63,610 bases of DNA, filler included, from Ionaspis alba (GCA_964255285.1; 15 parts of 15 records of this genome joined end to end with filler, not necessarily neighbours in it), one strand, 5' to 3'. Shown: positions 51,173-63,610, numbered from the whole stretch's first letter. Notes: generated from the sequence alone by a model not told the origin. Program-made: numbers and translations.

Positions 51173-54100
51173 TCCACATTCCTGCCCCTTCCCAAGCTTA
51201 AGCAAATTGCTGCGGAGCTCCGTATTGCCGAAGCATATCCTTTCATTGCGATGTCCGAACTACTTCGAGATGAGGAAAGAATAGAATGGGCATTTGTGGA
51301 GGACTTAGAAGTTGAAATCGAGGACAACCTGTACTTTTACCTCTCTGCCCTGACGACGTTCAAAGAAATCAAACTTGCGCTCGACAATGCTTCTGGTGGA
51401 GACGAACTGGCAAGGATATATCAGAGTATTCAGTCGAAATGCAGTGAAAATCTTGACTATGTTCGGTATGCCTTTCTAGATTCTTGGCCCGTTCTCGACT
51501 AACCAACACCTAGCGGTATATTCGAGGATCCTGTCATCTGGATACAGCCATCAAACAGGATTGATTCTGCCTGGGTCTCGACCGCGGAGTGCGTTTGGGA
51601 TGGTCCGCAATGGCTCAAATCAAAGCAGCGTCTGAAGCTCGACGGCTACCTGGAGCTTGAGTCCCTTTTCAAGGTGTATCTAAATATTCCCAATGCTTCT
51701 CAAGCAAGTGTTCTTGATGATCTGCTCATGTTAAAGGCCCACACGGAAGGCAAGAATGCCTCAAGAAGCCGAGTGACAGCCAATACTTCCCCAACCGTTT
51801 TGAGGACCGCTGGCGCACCACATCAAGACATTCCAATCAACCGGCACGACGGCACCACTGAGAACCTCCAGAGCATTAATTCCATGCAGGAATATGAAAA
51901 GCGATCGTTTAAGGTAAGAGAACATCACAGTTGACAAGCTTGACGGTCCTAATTACAGTCTTAAGGAGTCGACGTTCGCTGGACTCGAAACCGACCACAT
52001 CATCGAGGAAGCTGAGAAGCGATACGAATATTTATGGCATAAGCATGCGCTCTCGGTGAAAGAAGAAAATGTAGAGACCCGGGAAGTCTTGCGGTCTACC
52101 TTCGAAGATTCCGCCTTAGTGTACATCCCAAAAGATAACGCTTGGTTCCCTCCGTCGAAATGTGTGTGGGTGGAGCCGAACGTGGAGATCCCGGGGAAAG
52201 CTTCCATTGCTGGTGCGTATCGGTTGAAGAAGACGTTCTTTACAGAAGTCCTCAAGGTCTCGGAGCCAACCGTCGAGATGTACATTGAGTCATTGAAAGC
52301 TGAAGCGAAAGGAAACGCATCAGCAGCCAAAATCAAGGAGACGATGGTACTGATTTGCGGTCTTGGTTTGAAAGAAGCTGATCTCTCGAGCCTTGTCGAG
52401 GCCAGAGTCTTGCCCGTCAAGCTTGCAAATGGTGGAGGCAGCTTAGCCTCAGCGTCGTCCAAGAATGAGCCCGTAGACTTTGCGATCTTGGAAAACAAAG
52501 CTCACCGGGATGCCTTTAAGGGTAAAATCGCGGCTTTGGACTTTTCCCTTGAAGAAATCAGGGATACTCGACCCCTTCTCCTAGCCATGGGCTTGAAACC
52601 CCGATTTTCCTTGGGACTTGTCAAAGAAGTCACGGATGTAAGTGGAGGCTCCCAGGATCATGAGATGACCAGAAACCTCCGCATCAAAAGCCAAGCTATC
52701 GTCCGGTATGCCATCCGTCACCCGACCTTCTTGATAAGAAAGTAAAACTGCAATGAAGCTTGAATTAGCTGACTTTAATGAAGATGTGCTCGTCATTTTG
52801 CTAGCCCAAACAAGAGACAAGCCCCGACCTTGCTATATCAAAAGTTCAAGCGCGCAACGGTCTACGTGAGTGATGGCATCGGACGCTCGCTGCAGATCAT
52901 GCAGAAAGGATACAGCATTGAAGGCGCATCGAGCCGAGCGAACTTCCATTTCGAAGAAGCAGACGGCGCCCTGCGACTCTACTTGCCGAAGGACGATGTT
53001 GAACGCGATGTTTGTTTCGAGTCCGACCTTCCCCACAGATTGTGTGTGCTCTTAGATATCATTGATCCAGGAGCAGCATGCGTCATTGGAGGTGTTTTTC
53101 GAAAGGACAACCCGGTTGTGATCGACAAAATCCTCGAGAACGCAGGGGTGGGTCAAGTTGAATGTGATTTTGCTGCTTTGGACGAAGAGCTTGAAGCACT
53201 AGCTGATGAGTCGGACGTCGAAACCCTTGTTGAAGAGACCAGTAATGTCAGACTTTCTACTCCGAGTCCCGGTCCACGTCTGTACACACCCTCTGGTCGG
53301 GCGGGACGGGGAGAGAGCCAATCTAGGAGTGCAAATGCGGAGGACGTACGCAACATGAGCACGCCGAGTCCCTCATATCAGGAGCGGCAGAGAGAGGCTG
53401 AGACAGCTTACAAGAGCATTCTCGAACATATCGTCAGTGTTGCAAGGCAACGCGTACACTCTAGCGTTTTTGAAACCACGGGAGCTTCTATCCCGAGTCC
53501 AATGGCCATTCAAGCTTTGCCTCAAGAAACTATTCGAAATGCTTTCGCAGCTCGTACGCAGGAGCGTGATTTCAAACTTGGAGCTGCAGGGGAACTTTAC
53601 ATGTTCGAATACTTGAAAGGCCTTGTTCTACCAGGATTCGGGTTGGAGAATTGGAAGAGCGGGATTAGAGACCGAGTCAAAACACACCCGGACTATCATG
53701 ATCTTGAGAAAGACAATGATCGAAGTGCCATTGCTGACATCGAGTATCTGGACTGTTCGGGAAAACTTACCAAATTCCTGACCCAGAAAGGATATCTAGC
53801 ACAAGCGTTATGGGACAGCGAGAGACCTCTTTATCACGTCGAGGTAAAGACAACAACGAGTTCGAATTGGCAAGAGCCTTTCTTTATGAGTAAATATCAG
53901 GAACGACATGTAAGAGCCTTGATCCTTTAAGCTTGAGATCGCTAACAAGATATTAGGTTCAAGACAATCGTATCGAGAATGGCAAAAGCCGTTCGAGCAT
54001 TTACCTCATCTGCCGTATCTTCAATCTGGGTAAAGGCGATGAGACCGGCGTACATATCTATCTCGACCCCGAGACGAAGAGGAGGAATGGAGAGCTAGAG

Positions 54101-54715
54101 TTCAGCACACACACATGGGCTGTGAAGCCCTTGTCGCGTCCATATATATTGGCATGGAACAGTTCCACCAGCGCATCTGCGGCTCGGACAACAGGGACAA
54201 CAGCAACAATTGCTGTGGCAAGTGGCGAGACTGGGACTAACAGTGCCCAAAAAGAGTCCACGGCCCCAAGCTTTACCGGTCTCGATGTCTTTGGCTCTTC
54301 CGCGAGTCGTGGTTCTCTTTTTGGGATGTCCAAGCCATTGTCTTCGGGTGACGATCTGTCTAATGCGATCTCTGCATCTTCCGGCCATAACACACCCATT
54401 CAACCCTTTTCAGTAAACAGTTCACTCGGAACAACAAAACCTTTATTTTCAGCAGGTAGCCTTTTCAGTTCCAACGACGTATCTTTCAACAGCGACACAT
54501 CCACAAACCGGTCCTCAGGCCTCTCTGGCTCGAATATGACGTCGGTACTTAGTTCCGACAGACTTTTTTCGCCGGAGCCGCTGCAAGGTAAACTATTTCA
54601 GAGCAGCGACTTGCCTGATTGGAATACGCCTTCACACCTCTGTCTCCGTCGTTCTCACCCGCACCGACGCCGGAGTCGGGCAAACCGTAAGCGGAGCGGT
54701 AAAGGTTACCCATGA
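51173..54715 (+). CDS. Large multi-exon protein (5'-truncated) with sacsin-like repeats and a C-terminal PD-(D/E)XK / DUF3883 (NO VEIN C-terminal)-like nuclease domain
   Basis: Repeated W....CVW blocks (WVSTAECVW, WFPPSKCVW). Nuclease motifs KLGAAGELYMFE, ADIEY, YHVEVKTT, FFMSKYQ, YLICRIFNL and IYLDP. Four canonical introns. Confidence 0.8.
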
Positions 54716-55358
54716 CCCGTGGCGGCTGAAACGCAGTCAGCTACTATCAGGAATGGCGTGAGTGGCGAAACGTAGACTAGAGGTTCGTACACAATAACCG
54801 GACACGAACTAGTAGCCGGACGAATCCGGCTAACTCCACTAAGGTGTCCCACCTATTCTCAGATTAGATGGCGGCCTTTGAGCAACTTTAGGGGGACTGT
54901 CCGGGTACCAGGGCGTATCCGGGTGCTACGTGCTGTAGCAGGTCGCGGGTTTGAGGTGCAACGGGTATCTAACATCGGTGTCTCCTAAATACTGAACGTG
55001 GAAGCCCAATGGAATCTGAATATAGAAACCTGGACTTTGGCTAAGTTGGATAGCATGTACGCGCGATGTTCTAGGCGCCTGGCGGCTGTGTAAATGACCC
55101 AGCAAACACGAGACCAAGATATTGACGTTTTTATCATTGCCCTAAGGCCTAATATGTAAACAACGACCACACCATTCAGCACGAATATTAGTTGATTAGG
55201 TATATAATAAATCGTTAACATATTAGGCATATCGTAGGCTCGGGTCGAGTCCCGCCCTNNNNNNNNNNNNNNNNNNNNNNNNNNNNNNNNNNNNNNNNNN
55301 NNTTAATTAATTAANNNNNNNNNNNNNNNNNNNNNNNNNNNNNNNNNNNNNNNNNNNN

Positions 55359-56702
55359 TGCGAGCAGCCATAGGAGGACTGATATCCAAACCCACCATGA
55401 CCATAATTATGCACAGTCCAGACCCCATCAATCTTCTCCTTCTCCAGTCTCACACCACTAGTCCTCACAGGCCTCAACCCAACACCATGGCGAATGATGC
55501 TCAAATGCTCAATCCCCTTCCCACCAGTAAGCTCAGGACACAACTTCACAGCCCTTTGCATAATCCGATTGGCCAGATTGGGATCGAACTGCGAGTCCCA
55601 ATTCCCTTTCTGGTAGCAACCACCAAGAATGGTTCCACCACCTGCCACTCCGTCAACTATGACACACAAATCCCAACTCCAGAAAAGACCTTACCAGCCG
55701 CCCTCTGCATAATATAACAAGCCTCATCCTCTCCATCATCCGTCCCGGAACTCGACGCCATAATCCCCGGCTCGTTCCTCACCAGCACGATCTGCGCTCT
55801 CGCAGGCATCATATCTTTATCCTCGACTCCCCCGAGCTTTCCCGAAGCAAGTCCCGTACAATTCACTATCAGATCCGCTTCAGCACCCGAGTGGTGGAGC
55901 GCCGCGGCTTCGGCGATGTGAGTGAGGACGGCCCGCTTGAAGACGACGCCGGCTGCGAGGCATTGCGAGACGAGCCAGGGTAGGTAGATCGAGGTGTTGA
56001 TGCAGACGCTTGTGAAGGCGATGCCGTAGTCGTGGCCGCGGAGTTCGGACGGGGGGAGGGGGCGGAACTGGAATGGTAAGTATGCTATGGATCTGAAGGG
56101 ATGATGTGGACTAGATGCTTGGTTCATTGGCATACGTTGGGTAGGATGTCTTTGAACCAGGGATCGGTTTTCATGAGCTCGGCGAACCAGGCGCCGGTTA
56201 CGCCTGCGGCGTCTTTTTTGCGGTTGTAGATTATGGTGTCTGGATTTGTTCATTTTAATGAGAAAATCTTTTAGCTGACAAGCAATTTTGTTGTGAAAGT
56301 GGTACCTTGGAAATGTACTCCAGCTTCAGGATGGTCCTTGGCAAGCTTTTCTAGGGGCGGCCAAGTATTGCGGTCCCATTCTGCAGCTTCTGTGCCTGAA
56401 CGAGATACCCTGAAATGAGACACAAGAATGAGTTTATGAATATGAATGAAATCACGATAATCTGAAATTCACGAGACTGACGGCAGATAGTTTGCACCGG
56501 CCCATGGTGAAGCATATTCTATATCATAATCACCAGGCATGTGCTTAGCCGCAACAGTGATCTTGTACGCAGCATTTTTCGACAATTCCAAAGCAGTCGT
56601 CAGACCACTGACACCAGCCCTAGTGATTGTCAGCTTATGGTCTGTATTCAAGGAGGTCAGGCCGTCAATTTACCCCACGATCACGATATTCGATTGTGGC
56701 AT
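55359..56702 (-). CDS. DAO1: D-amino acid oxidase, 3'-truncated, multi-exon
   Basis: IVIVG|AGVSGLTTA, YASPWAGAN, SVCINTSIYLPWL, IVNCTGL, GGTILGG, RHGVGLRPVR and HNYGHGGFGYQSSYG. Confidence 0.94.
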
Positions 56703-57412
56703 CTTGGCTGTCAGCTGTCGAAGTCCTCGAGTTAGTAGAGGCAGAGAAGGCCAAGTCATTCGGTACCAAGGTACTGTCAGGTGCGAGCTGCTCTAGTAAA
56801 TGATCGCTCAACACCAGACTCTATTAGCTGAAGACCTCCACTTGGCTCACAGTTGGAATTCGGATGAGTTATTACCGCATGAGCCATCGCAGCTTTTGTG
56901 TTTGTTCCTTATCGTATTTATAGCTGAACCTGCAGCTTCAGCCTCTCCGCTTTCTGCATCTTTGTCGCACAGCATAATCAGTTGTAAACACGCGGTGAGC
57001 TTTGATTGAAGGGTTTTAGTGATTGGCTCAAAGAGTAGGAACTCCCCTAAAGCTTAGGTACTGTCCCGCTGGCGGTCGTCGCTGATTTGGTGAGGACAGA
57101 CACCGCCCGGGACCCCCCGGAACCTTGTAAAGCGCCGCAAAACCCCTCCCTCTCCCCTCCCCTAAGCACAGACCTGGCCTTTGGCGATTTGTCGGGCTGG
57201 GCAGTCTCACGAGTAAGTGGCATTATTTCTTTGGCAGATCTCCCAGTGACGATGTGGATGTTCGACTTTCAAGGCTTCCACCTTGGGTCAACCGGTGGTG
57301 CCTTTTACACAGCACGGCATCAGCAATAGCTTGCTCACCCATAATTCTTGATGCAGGGCTACGAAAGAGCATCGTCTCTTTTTCGTCTTGCTCTTCGCAA
57401 TCCGACGACAGC

Positions 57413-58829
57413 ATGGGAGCCTCAAAGAAGGAGGTCGAGTTCCCATTGCTTGCGGCTCAAGGTCTTTACGTAGCGAACACGACCGGGAATGGTACGTTTG
57501 AGCTCCCCTTATTCCCCCTCCAATCTGAGGTTGCCCCACGGATTGTAGTGTAACCCAACACTTAAGAATAGTACTGATTTGTTCATCTGGTTATAGGCAA
57601 TTGCCTCTTTAATGCTCTTTCCGATCAAATTCACGGCAATGAATCCCTGCATTCCATCCTTCGGTCTCGTGTCATCGAGTACATGCGAGAACACGACAGT
57701 TACTACAAACAATTCGTCGAAGTTCACCCCGGTGGCGGTACTCGACGAAATCCAAAGAGGAAGACGGCAGCTCTTGACAGTAATACGCGTACTGCTGAAG
57801 ACATCAACAAAGGCTTTCAGAATTACTTGAATGAGATGGGCAAGAAGGGTACTTACGGAGATAACCTGGAAATCTCCGCGTTTGCCAGGGCATACAAGAT
57901 CGACGTACGAGTCCACCGGAAAGAAGGTTCCAACAATGTTTTGGGAGGCCCTGTTGGTGTGGAGAGGCCTCTAGCCCACATAGCATACCACGTAAGACAC
58001 CCTCGCTGTCCACTTAGGGCTGCAGAGTCCTAGATGTTACCGTCTGACTTCACAACAGGACTACGAGCACTACTCCTCCGTTCGATCATTCACTGGACCA
58101 AGCAAAGGTCTACCGAACATAACACCACCAATTACCCTCTCACCCGCCCTACTCACCGACCTCCCCTCTCGACCCCGCAAAATACCCTCTCCCTCACCCC
58201 GCCAAGAGCCCGTTAAACCCTCGTTCGATCCACCGCCAATCGAGCCCTGGATTGTCGACAATAACGGTCATGCTCACATGAACCCACTGCTCACTCCCTC
58301 TCCGTCGCCAACACCAAATCCACCACCACCATCGGATCCGCACCTAGTGGAACTAATCATGAACTCCCTCCCCTACCTCGCCGACCGTGCCACCATCCAC
58401 AAAACCCTCTCCAAATACAACAATGACGTCAACAGTGCCGTCAGCTGTCTCCTCGACCTCGAAGAAGCCGGCGACCTCCCACCCTGCGACCTGGATGGCG
58501 ACGTCGCGTCTCAGTCCTCCACCCCCGGTAGCTCGAGCATCGAGCGGGATGTCGACACCGAGGACGACGATGTGAGGGGTCCACGGAAGAAGTTAGATCG
58601 GAGAATGAGTCGGGCGACAAAGGCAGCATTGCTCGCCAAAAAAGAAGAGGAGGAGGAGGAAGACCGGGAGGAGGGCGGAGTGCTACTACGTCCCAGAGTC
58701 GGTATCAGTCCGGCAAGGAAGCTAGGCAGCCAGAGAAGGAGGAAGAAAGAAGAGAGGCGAAAGGTAGTAGGGGAAGTAGGGAAAGAAAACTCGCCCAGCG
58801 TGCCGGATTTGCATGTGCTGAGTATTTGA
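57413..58829 (+). CDS. OTU-domain deubiquitinase (OTUD3-like) with a CUE/UBA-like C-terminal domain
   Basis: Spliced GNGNCLFNALSDQ, YGDNLEISAFARAY and HIAYH|DYEHYSSVR. CUE/UBA-like IMNSLPYLADRATI.KTL..YNNDVNSAVSCLLD. Confidence 0.88.
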
Positions 58830-59973
58830 GGGGCGAGGATGGGAAGCGTTCGATGGGGGTTGCATCAGTTACTGCGTGCATTGAGCGAAGCATCCTTCGG
58901 CGTTGTGGCGAACCTTTTGGTTAGGCAGGGTTAGGGGCATAGCGGCATTAGAATGGTGCTCGGGCGTAGAGCCCGTTTGCTATTTGGCATTGGGGGGGCT
59001 TTGGGTGTATATAGATTCTTATGTGAATGGCTAGGATTGTGAGATTGAGTCTGCGAGGCTTTCGTAGGGCGAATAGATCCGTGAGGGTTTAGCGAGACGT
59101 TGTTGTCGTGAAAGAAAATAGCACACCAATGTCGAATAGCGGCTCGGGTTTAGTTGGGCTGTCCCCTATGCTCGCTAAGCTTAGGTGGTCGCCTTGCTAA
59201 ACTTTCCGCTGCTTTTGTGTTTGATTGCTTTTGGTGCGGAGGGGGAAGGGGATTTTTTTTGTTTTGGCAAACCGCCTCGCGTGGGTCTCAGGCAACACTC
59301 TGTACCCGGGCGAGCTGAACTGGCGTTGCGATCTTTCCGTAGGATCAACCACGCCGCATGTGGATGCCCCATTACTGGCCAATGAATGCTGCAGATCCAT
59401 CTACCGATTTCTGCTGAAGGGTGTTTGCCTTGTGTTANNNNNNNNNNNNNNNNNNNNNNNNNNNNNNNNNNNNNNNNNNNNTTAATTAATTAANNNNNNN
59501 NNNNNNNNNNNNNNNNNNNNNNNNNNNNNNNNNNNNNGAGGCCGAGAGGGGAGGGGGTGGGTGAGGGTGAACTAAGGGAGGGAGCCATGGGGGTTAGGGT
59601 TGGAATATTGGTTGATGGTTTTGGTGTTGATTGCTGGAGCAGGGAATGGCTCGGCTGATTCGATAGTATGGGCCGGCGGTTTCTCCGAGCCATGTGATTT
59701 GCTGGATTTCTGCTTATGATCTCGGGCTCTAGTATCAAAATTATTCAGAAGTCTAGGGCGTGCGCATTTTGATGATATTGATACATCCATAGATCTCACT
59801 CCTCATATAGTAGCCCTATCTGAACATGGAAGGAGTCGACGATAAAATACTACATCGAATGTGAGGGAGAATTATTATCATCATTATCTTACGTTGTTTC
59901 ATCAAATCGTCAGTACAAACCACAATAGGCCATCTTCGACAACAACAGCATTAGCACTCAACTCCAGCTCCAT

Positions 59974-62036
59974 CTATATCCTCGAAAATCTCCATCCACA
60001 ATATTCAGTCTCGGCGACACCAACCCTACTCGTCAATCCCCTTCCTTCTCTCTCAACGAAGAACCGTTCTGCCTTGACAGTCCCACCTCGAGCACCTCCA
60101 CTCTCTTCAAAACATTCGGCCACGACTCCCGGGATGGTCAGTCGTTCCCTTACATCAGCGCTTCCATCACCCAACCGTGAGCCAAATATGGCAAATAGCG
60201 CCAGGGCAATGCCCACAGCCGCATAGAACAAGTTGAGTACGACAAGAGTGAACAGCGGAGTTTTGGGAACACGGGCTACCAGAGTTTCCGTGCGTATTTG
60301 CTCTTCTATATTGACTCGCGAAGAGAAGACACCTGAAGCTAACCCAAGCGCAATCTGCGAGTACGAATTGGCCCACTTATCAGCAAGTTCTTGGGCAGAG
60401 CCGCTAAAAGATGCAGTATTGGTGGCGATCTCCAGATTGGAAAGCCCGAATACCTCAGTCGTAGGTGCCATGATCAGTCTACCCATAGTGTCGTTGGAGT
60501 AGCCGATGCTAGGATCACTCACTGATCCATTGATCCAGTTGTAGATAATTTCGTTAACGGTCGTGTTGCAGCTCAGGACCCAAGCCATGCCTCCATGGAC
60601 CGGAGTGACGATCTCCGGGTCCTTCTGGAGGACGGAGGATGTGGCGCTGTTGGGTGCGCTTGGAAGGCGAGCTTGCGTATCGGCCCTTGCCCAGGTGCCA
60701 AAGTAGTATGGATTCATGTCCTTGGACCTGAGCGTGAGATTCTTGGCCTGGTTGTAATCTTCGAAGAAGACCAATCCTATCGGACTCGAGGCTCTGCGAT
60801 AACCAAGAGTCCTGAAATCTCCTATGGCCGTGACATCTCCTTGAAAAGCTGATGAGCAATTGAACGGAGTTGACGCTCCGTATGCAGCTCTGAGGTTGCA
60901 AGCCCTGCTGACAGGTTTACATTGTGTGGTGACTCCGAAAGTCGAGGCCTGGTAATTGATGTTGAGAGGGATGTTCGCTTGGGTAAGATAGGCGTAGGTT
61001 TGATTAGACACCTGGAAAGTAGCGACCTGATTGACGGAAGAATGATTATTGAGGGTCTGGTACGCTTCCGCTGCGTTCGTGAGGAATCGCGAGCTGGCTG
61101 AGTTGTCAACAGAACAAGGATTTGGGTCATCGTTCGTTCTGGTGCCGCAGTCGCTCGAGTATAAACCACGGCCATATTGCTTGACCTCTGCTGCCGGTAC
61201 AGCGGTTATACTTGAGTATACAACCGTTGATGTCGTTACATGGAGCCATGTGTCAGCGGCGAGGATGGCGTACCTAAGAGCATTCTAGTCTCCTATCGAA
61301 TGTTGAGAATGAAGAGAATGTAGAGAGAGGCTGATAGACTCGAAGTTTACGAGCGGTATGATGTATATAAATAAAGCGGAAAACAGGCGACATCCGGAAA
61401 TTGTCACATGGCCCGTGGGATGATGAAATGGATGAGAGTATTCGCCAACCAGCGACCATAATATGTTGAGATTGAACACGTATAGTTGAAGGATGCTCCT
61501 CCTACTTACCCAATTAATGTAGCAAAAATCAGACCCAGTACTAATCTAACAATTATTGGCACTTGCTTCTCCCTTTTCCTCCAGAACAAATATTTCATCC
61601 ATTGCCACAAAGCCCCAACGCCACCGGACAGTAACTGCAGATATAGATTCAGCTGATACGGAGTCGGAAGCGAAGCACTCCGCTCCCATTCCGAGCTCTT
61701 CTGCAAATGCCTAGCAGCTGGGAAAGACAAGAGGGTCATGACGAAGCCCGGCAGGAACGGAGCGACGCTGCTCGACCAAGATGCGATGGTGATCAACCTG
61801 GTGGCGCTGAAATCTACCAGATATGCTCCTGGATCGCTGTTTGGAGCTACCTGATAAGCGAAGATGAGTCCGAGAAGGACACCAGATAGAGCAATCATTG
61901 GAAGGCTAATAGCAGCGCATGCGAGAGCGATGTCACTGTAAGGGCTAGATGTATGTTCCGAAAGTGATCCATGGGAAGGTCGTCCTTGACTTCTGTACGA
62001 TGGGGCTTCTACCATTGATGGTCTTTTCGAATCCAT
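59974..62036 (-). CDS. Uncharacterised fungal membrane protein (2 exons, intron of about 220 nt)
   Basis: TM segments plus YLVDFSATRLITIASWSSSVAP, LPTPYQL, DTWLH, ASTFGVTTQCKPVS..CNL and LVARVPKTPLFTLV. Confidence 0.8.
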
Positions 62037-63610
62037 GACGAAGATATTAGTTCAAAGAACAGTCACAGCAACAGAGGAGTAGACAAAGCGGTCAACTAGA
62101 CAACCAAATCTTGCGAACACGTTAAGATGAAATGAATACAAATGGACTCAAATTCGAAATGGGCCAGGTGTGGAGGGTCGGTCGTCGATCATTGTGTCTT
62201 CCACGGAGGGGCCGTCCTCTATATACATGAGATGAAAGCCCAGCCTTGTGAGAAGGCATACTTCGGTGATTTTGCAGCTGCGTGCACCAATTGGAAAACA
62301 AGATAGTCGAAAAAGGGTGTGATAGTAGGTAGCCTTGTGAAAGATACTGAGTAGTGCAGCAGCTGAAATACAATTGGCACTAGCCTCTAACCCTTTTAGG
62401 ACTCTGCCAATGCCGCTAAACCACCTTTTGTGCTTCACTAGTTTACCTTCGGAGCTTGACCAATTGAAGGGACCTCTGCCATGAGCCTAGAATGGTCCGG
62501 ACGATGCCAGGCGATATTCAAGGTCAACGGCTACAACCATTGCGGGAAAAGGCTGTGACTATCGAGAATTTGTATATACTAGTGGCATCCTCCGCGGACA
62601 GCTGACAAAGTTAAGATGAACAATCTATCCTGTACGGCTTTATGGCGAGCGTGAACATCGACACGCAATCCAGGTGCCTTTGAATGAGTCCCCGCAGTAC
62701 AGCAAGTCTCCGCAGATATTGCGCCTGACATTATAGCTGTCACCGAGTAAATCCAGCTATGCTCATCAGGGTTCCTAAGCTGGGTTTGCTGCCATGGAGC
62801 TTCTGACCGATACAAGGGAAGCCGATGGTTGCACAACAGTTCTGCACAACTGTCAGCAGCGTGAGTACTAAGCGTAGCTGAATCGAGACGCAGAACTGGC
62901 AAGAGGCCGCTCCACATATGGTCGTTTATACCCGCCCATCGAACACGAACAAGCATTCAATCCAGATCGAGAGTTAAATCGTTCGGATAAACATCTGGAT
63001 CATCTCTGCATTTTTTCTGAATATCTTTAAACAGATCGTCAAGAAACGGTGAAGCTAGAGTATCGTAAACCTAGTCGAGAAATGATTAATACTAATTTCG
63101 CAGGCGGAATAACTCAATGATCAGAAATATTGGACAGCATTACTTTATAACTTTTGGAGTGTACCAGCTTTGAGAAGAACGAGCGATCTGAATCCACCTC
63201 AAAGACGTCGGAGACAACCAAGAAAAATCAGGACGAGTCCGGCATTTAAGACTCGACCGCAGACGCAAGGAAACACGCACTCAAGCAGTAGCTAGTCTGG
63301 TAAAGGTTTGAATCATAACATTCACTTTTGACAGCCACTCGAGCTCGTCGCGTGCACATATCATAAATGCCCTTGATGTTTGGACTGTCGTCTCAATCAA
63401 CTGCCAGCCAAGGCGAACTTTGAAGCTTAGAAAGTTGATCAAGCACGGTCCATAGATTTGTAAACGCCGTTCAGAACAGAAATCCTAAATTGTGGCTGCC
63501 TTTACGATGGACCAAATAGAAACGGCTCAAGGACGTTTATTGTTTTGGCACGAATTGCCTCTTATAGGTGGAGACCGGAGCGATGGCCGGAAATGTGGTC
63601 CAAGCTCGCT

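Noticed and set aside
55235..55258. GGGTCGAGTCCC resembling a tRNA T-arm/B-box
   Set aside because: It lacks the GTTC consensus, has no cloverleaf, and sits at a contig edge.
62100..63610. Short ORFs in the terminal 1.5 kb as transposon remnants
   Set aside because: No transposase or RT motifs, terminal repeats or splice-supported model found.

Overview
This is eukaryotic DNA from a filamentous ascomycete (Pezizomycotina-type genes with short spliceosomal introns and CTRAY branch points). It is not one continuous locus. It consists of 15 unrelated contigs of about 4.07-4.22 kb, sorted by decreasing length and joined by an artificial 100-bp spacer (N44-TTAATTAATTAA-N44), plus two plain N100 scaffold gaps. 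Adjacency is therefore meaningful only within a contig. Recognisable genes: two GNAT acetyltransferases, a UstYa/DUF3328 oxidase, an F-box protein, eIF3L, a carbon-nitrogen hydrolase, an RRM protein, Spa2, a Dal5/Tna1-type MFS transporter, copper amine oxidase, a giant TPR protein, a phenol-hydroxylase-like flavoprotein, ureidoglycolate lyase, an SPX/VTC-like protein, Mpp10, Msc7, an Rds1-like ferritin-fold protein, a DIM-5/Clr4 methyltransferase, a HAM-8-like protein, D-amino acid oxidase, an OTU deubiquitinase and several hypotheticals. Best leads: (1) a two-exon 47-aa secreted peptide gene, missed by the ORF track, lying head-to-head with the UstYa/DUF3328 gene and next to a GNAT, a candidate non-canonical fungal RiPP system; (2) a PD-(D/E)XK/DUF3883-type nuclease-domain protein carrying a Nup98-like GLEBS motif and a degenerate FG-repeat-like tail; (3) a secreted protein built from three copies of an unfamiliar 6-Cys module. 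All calls were made by eye, without database searches.
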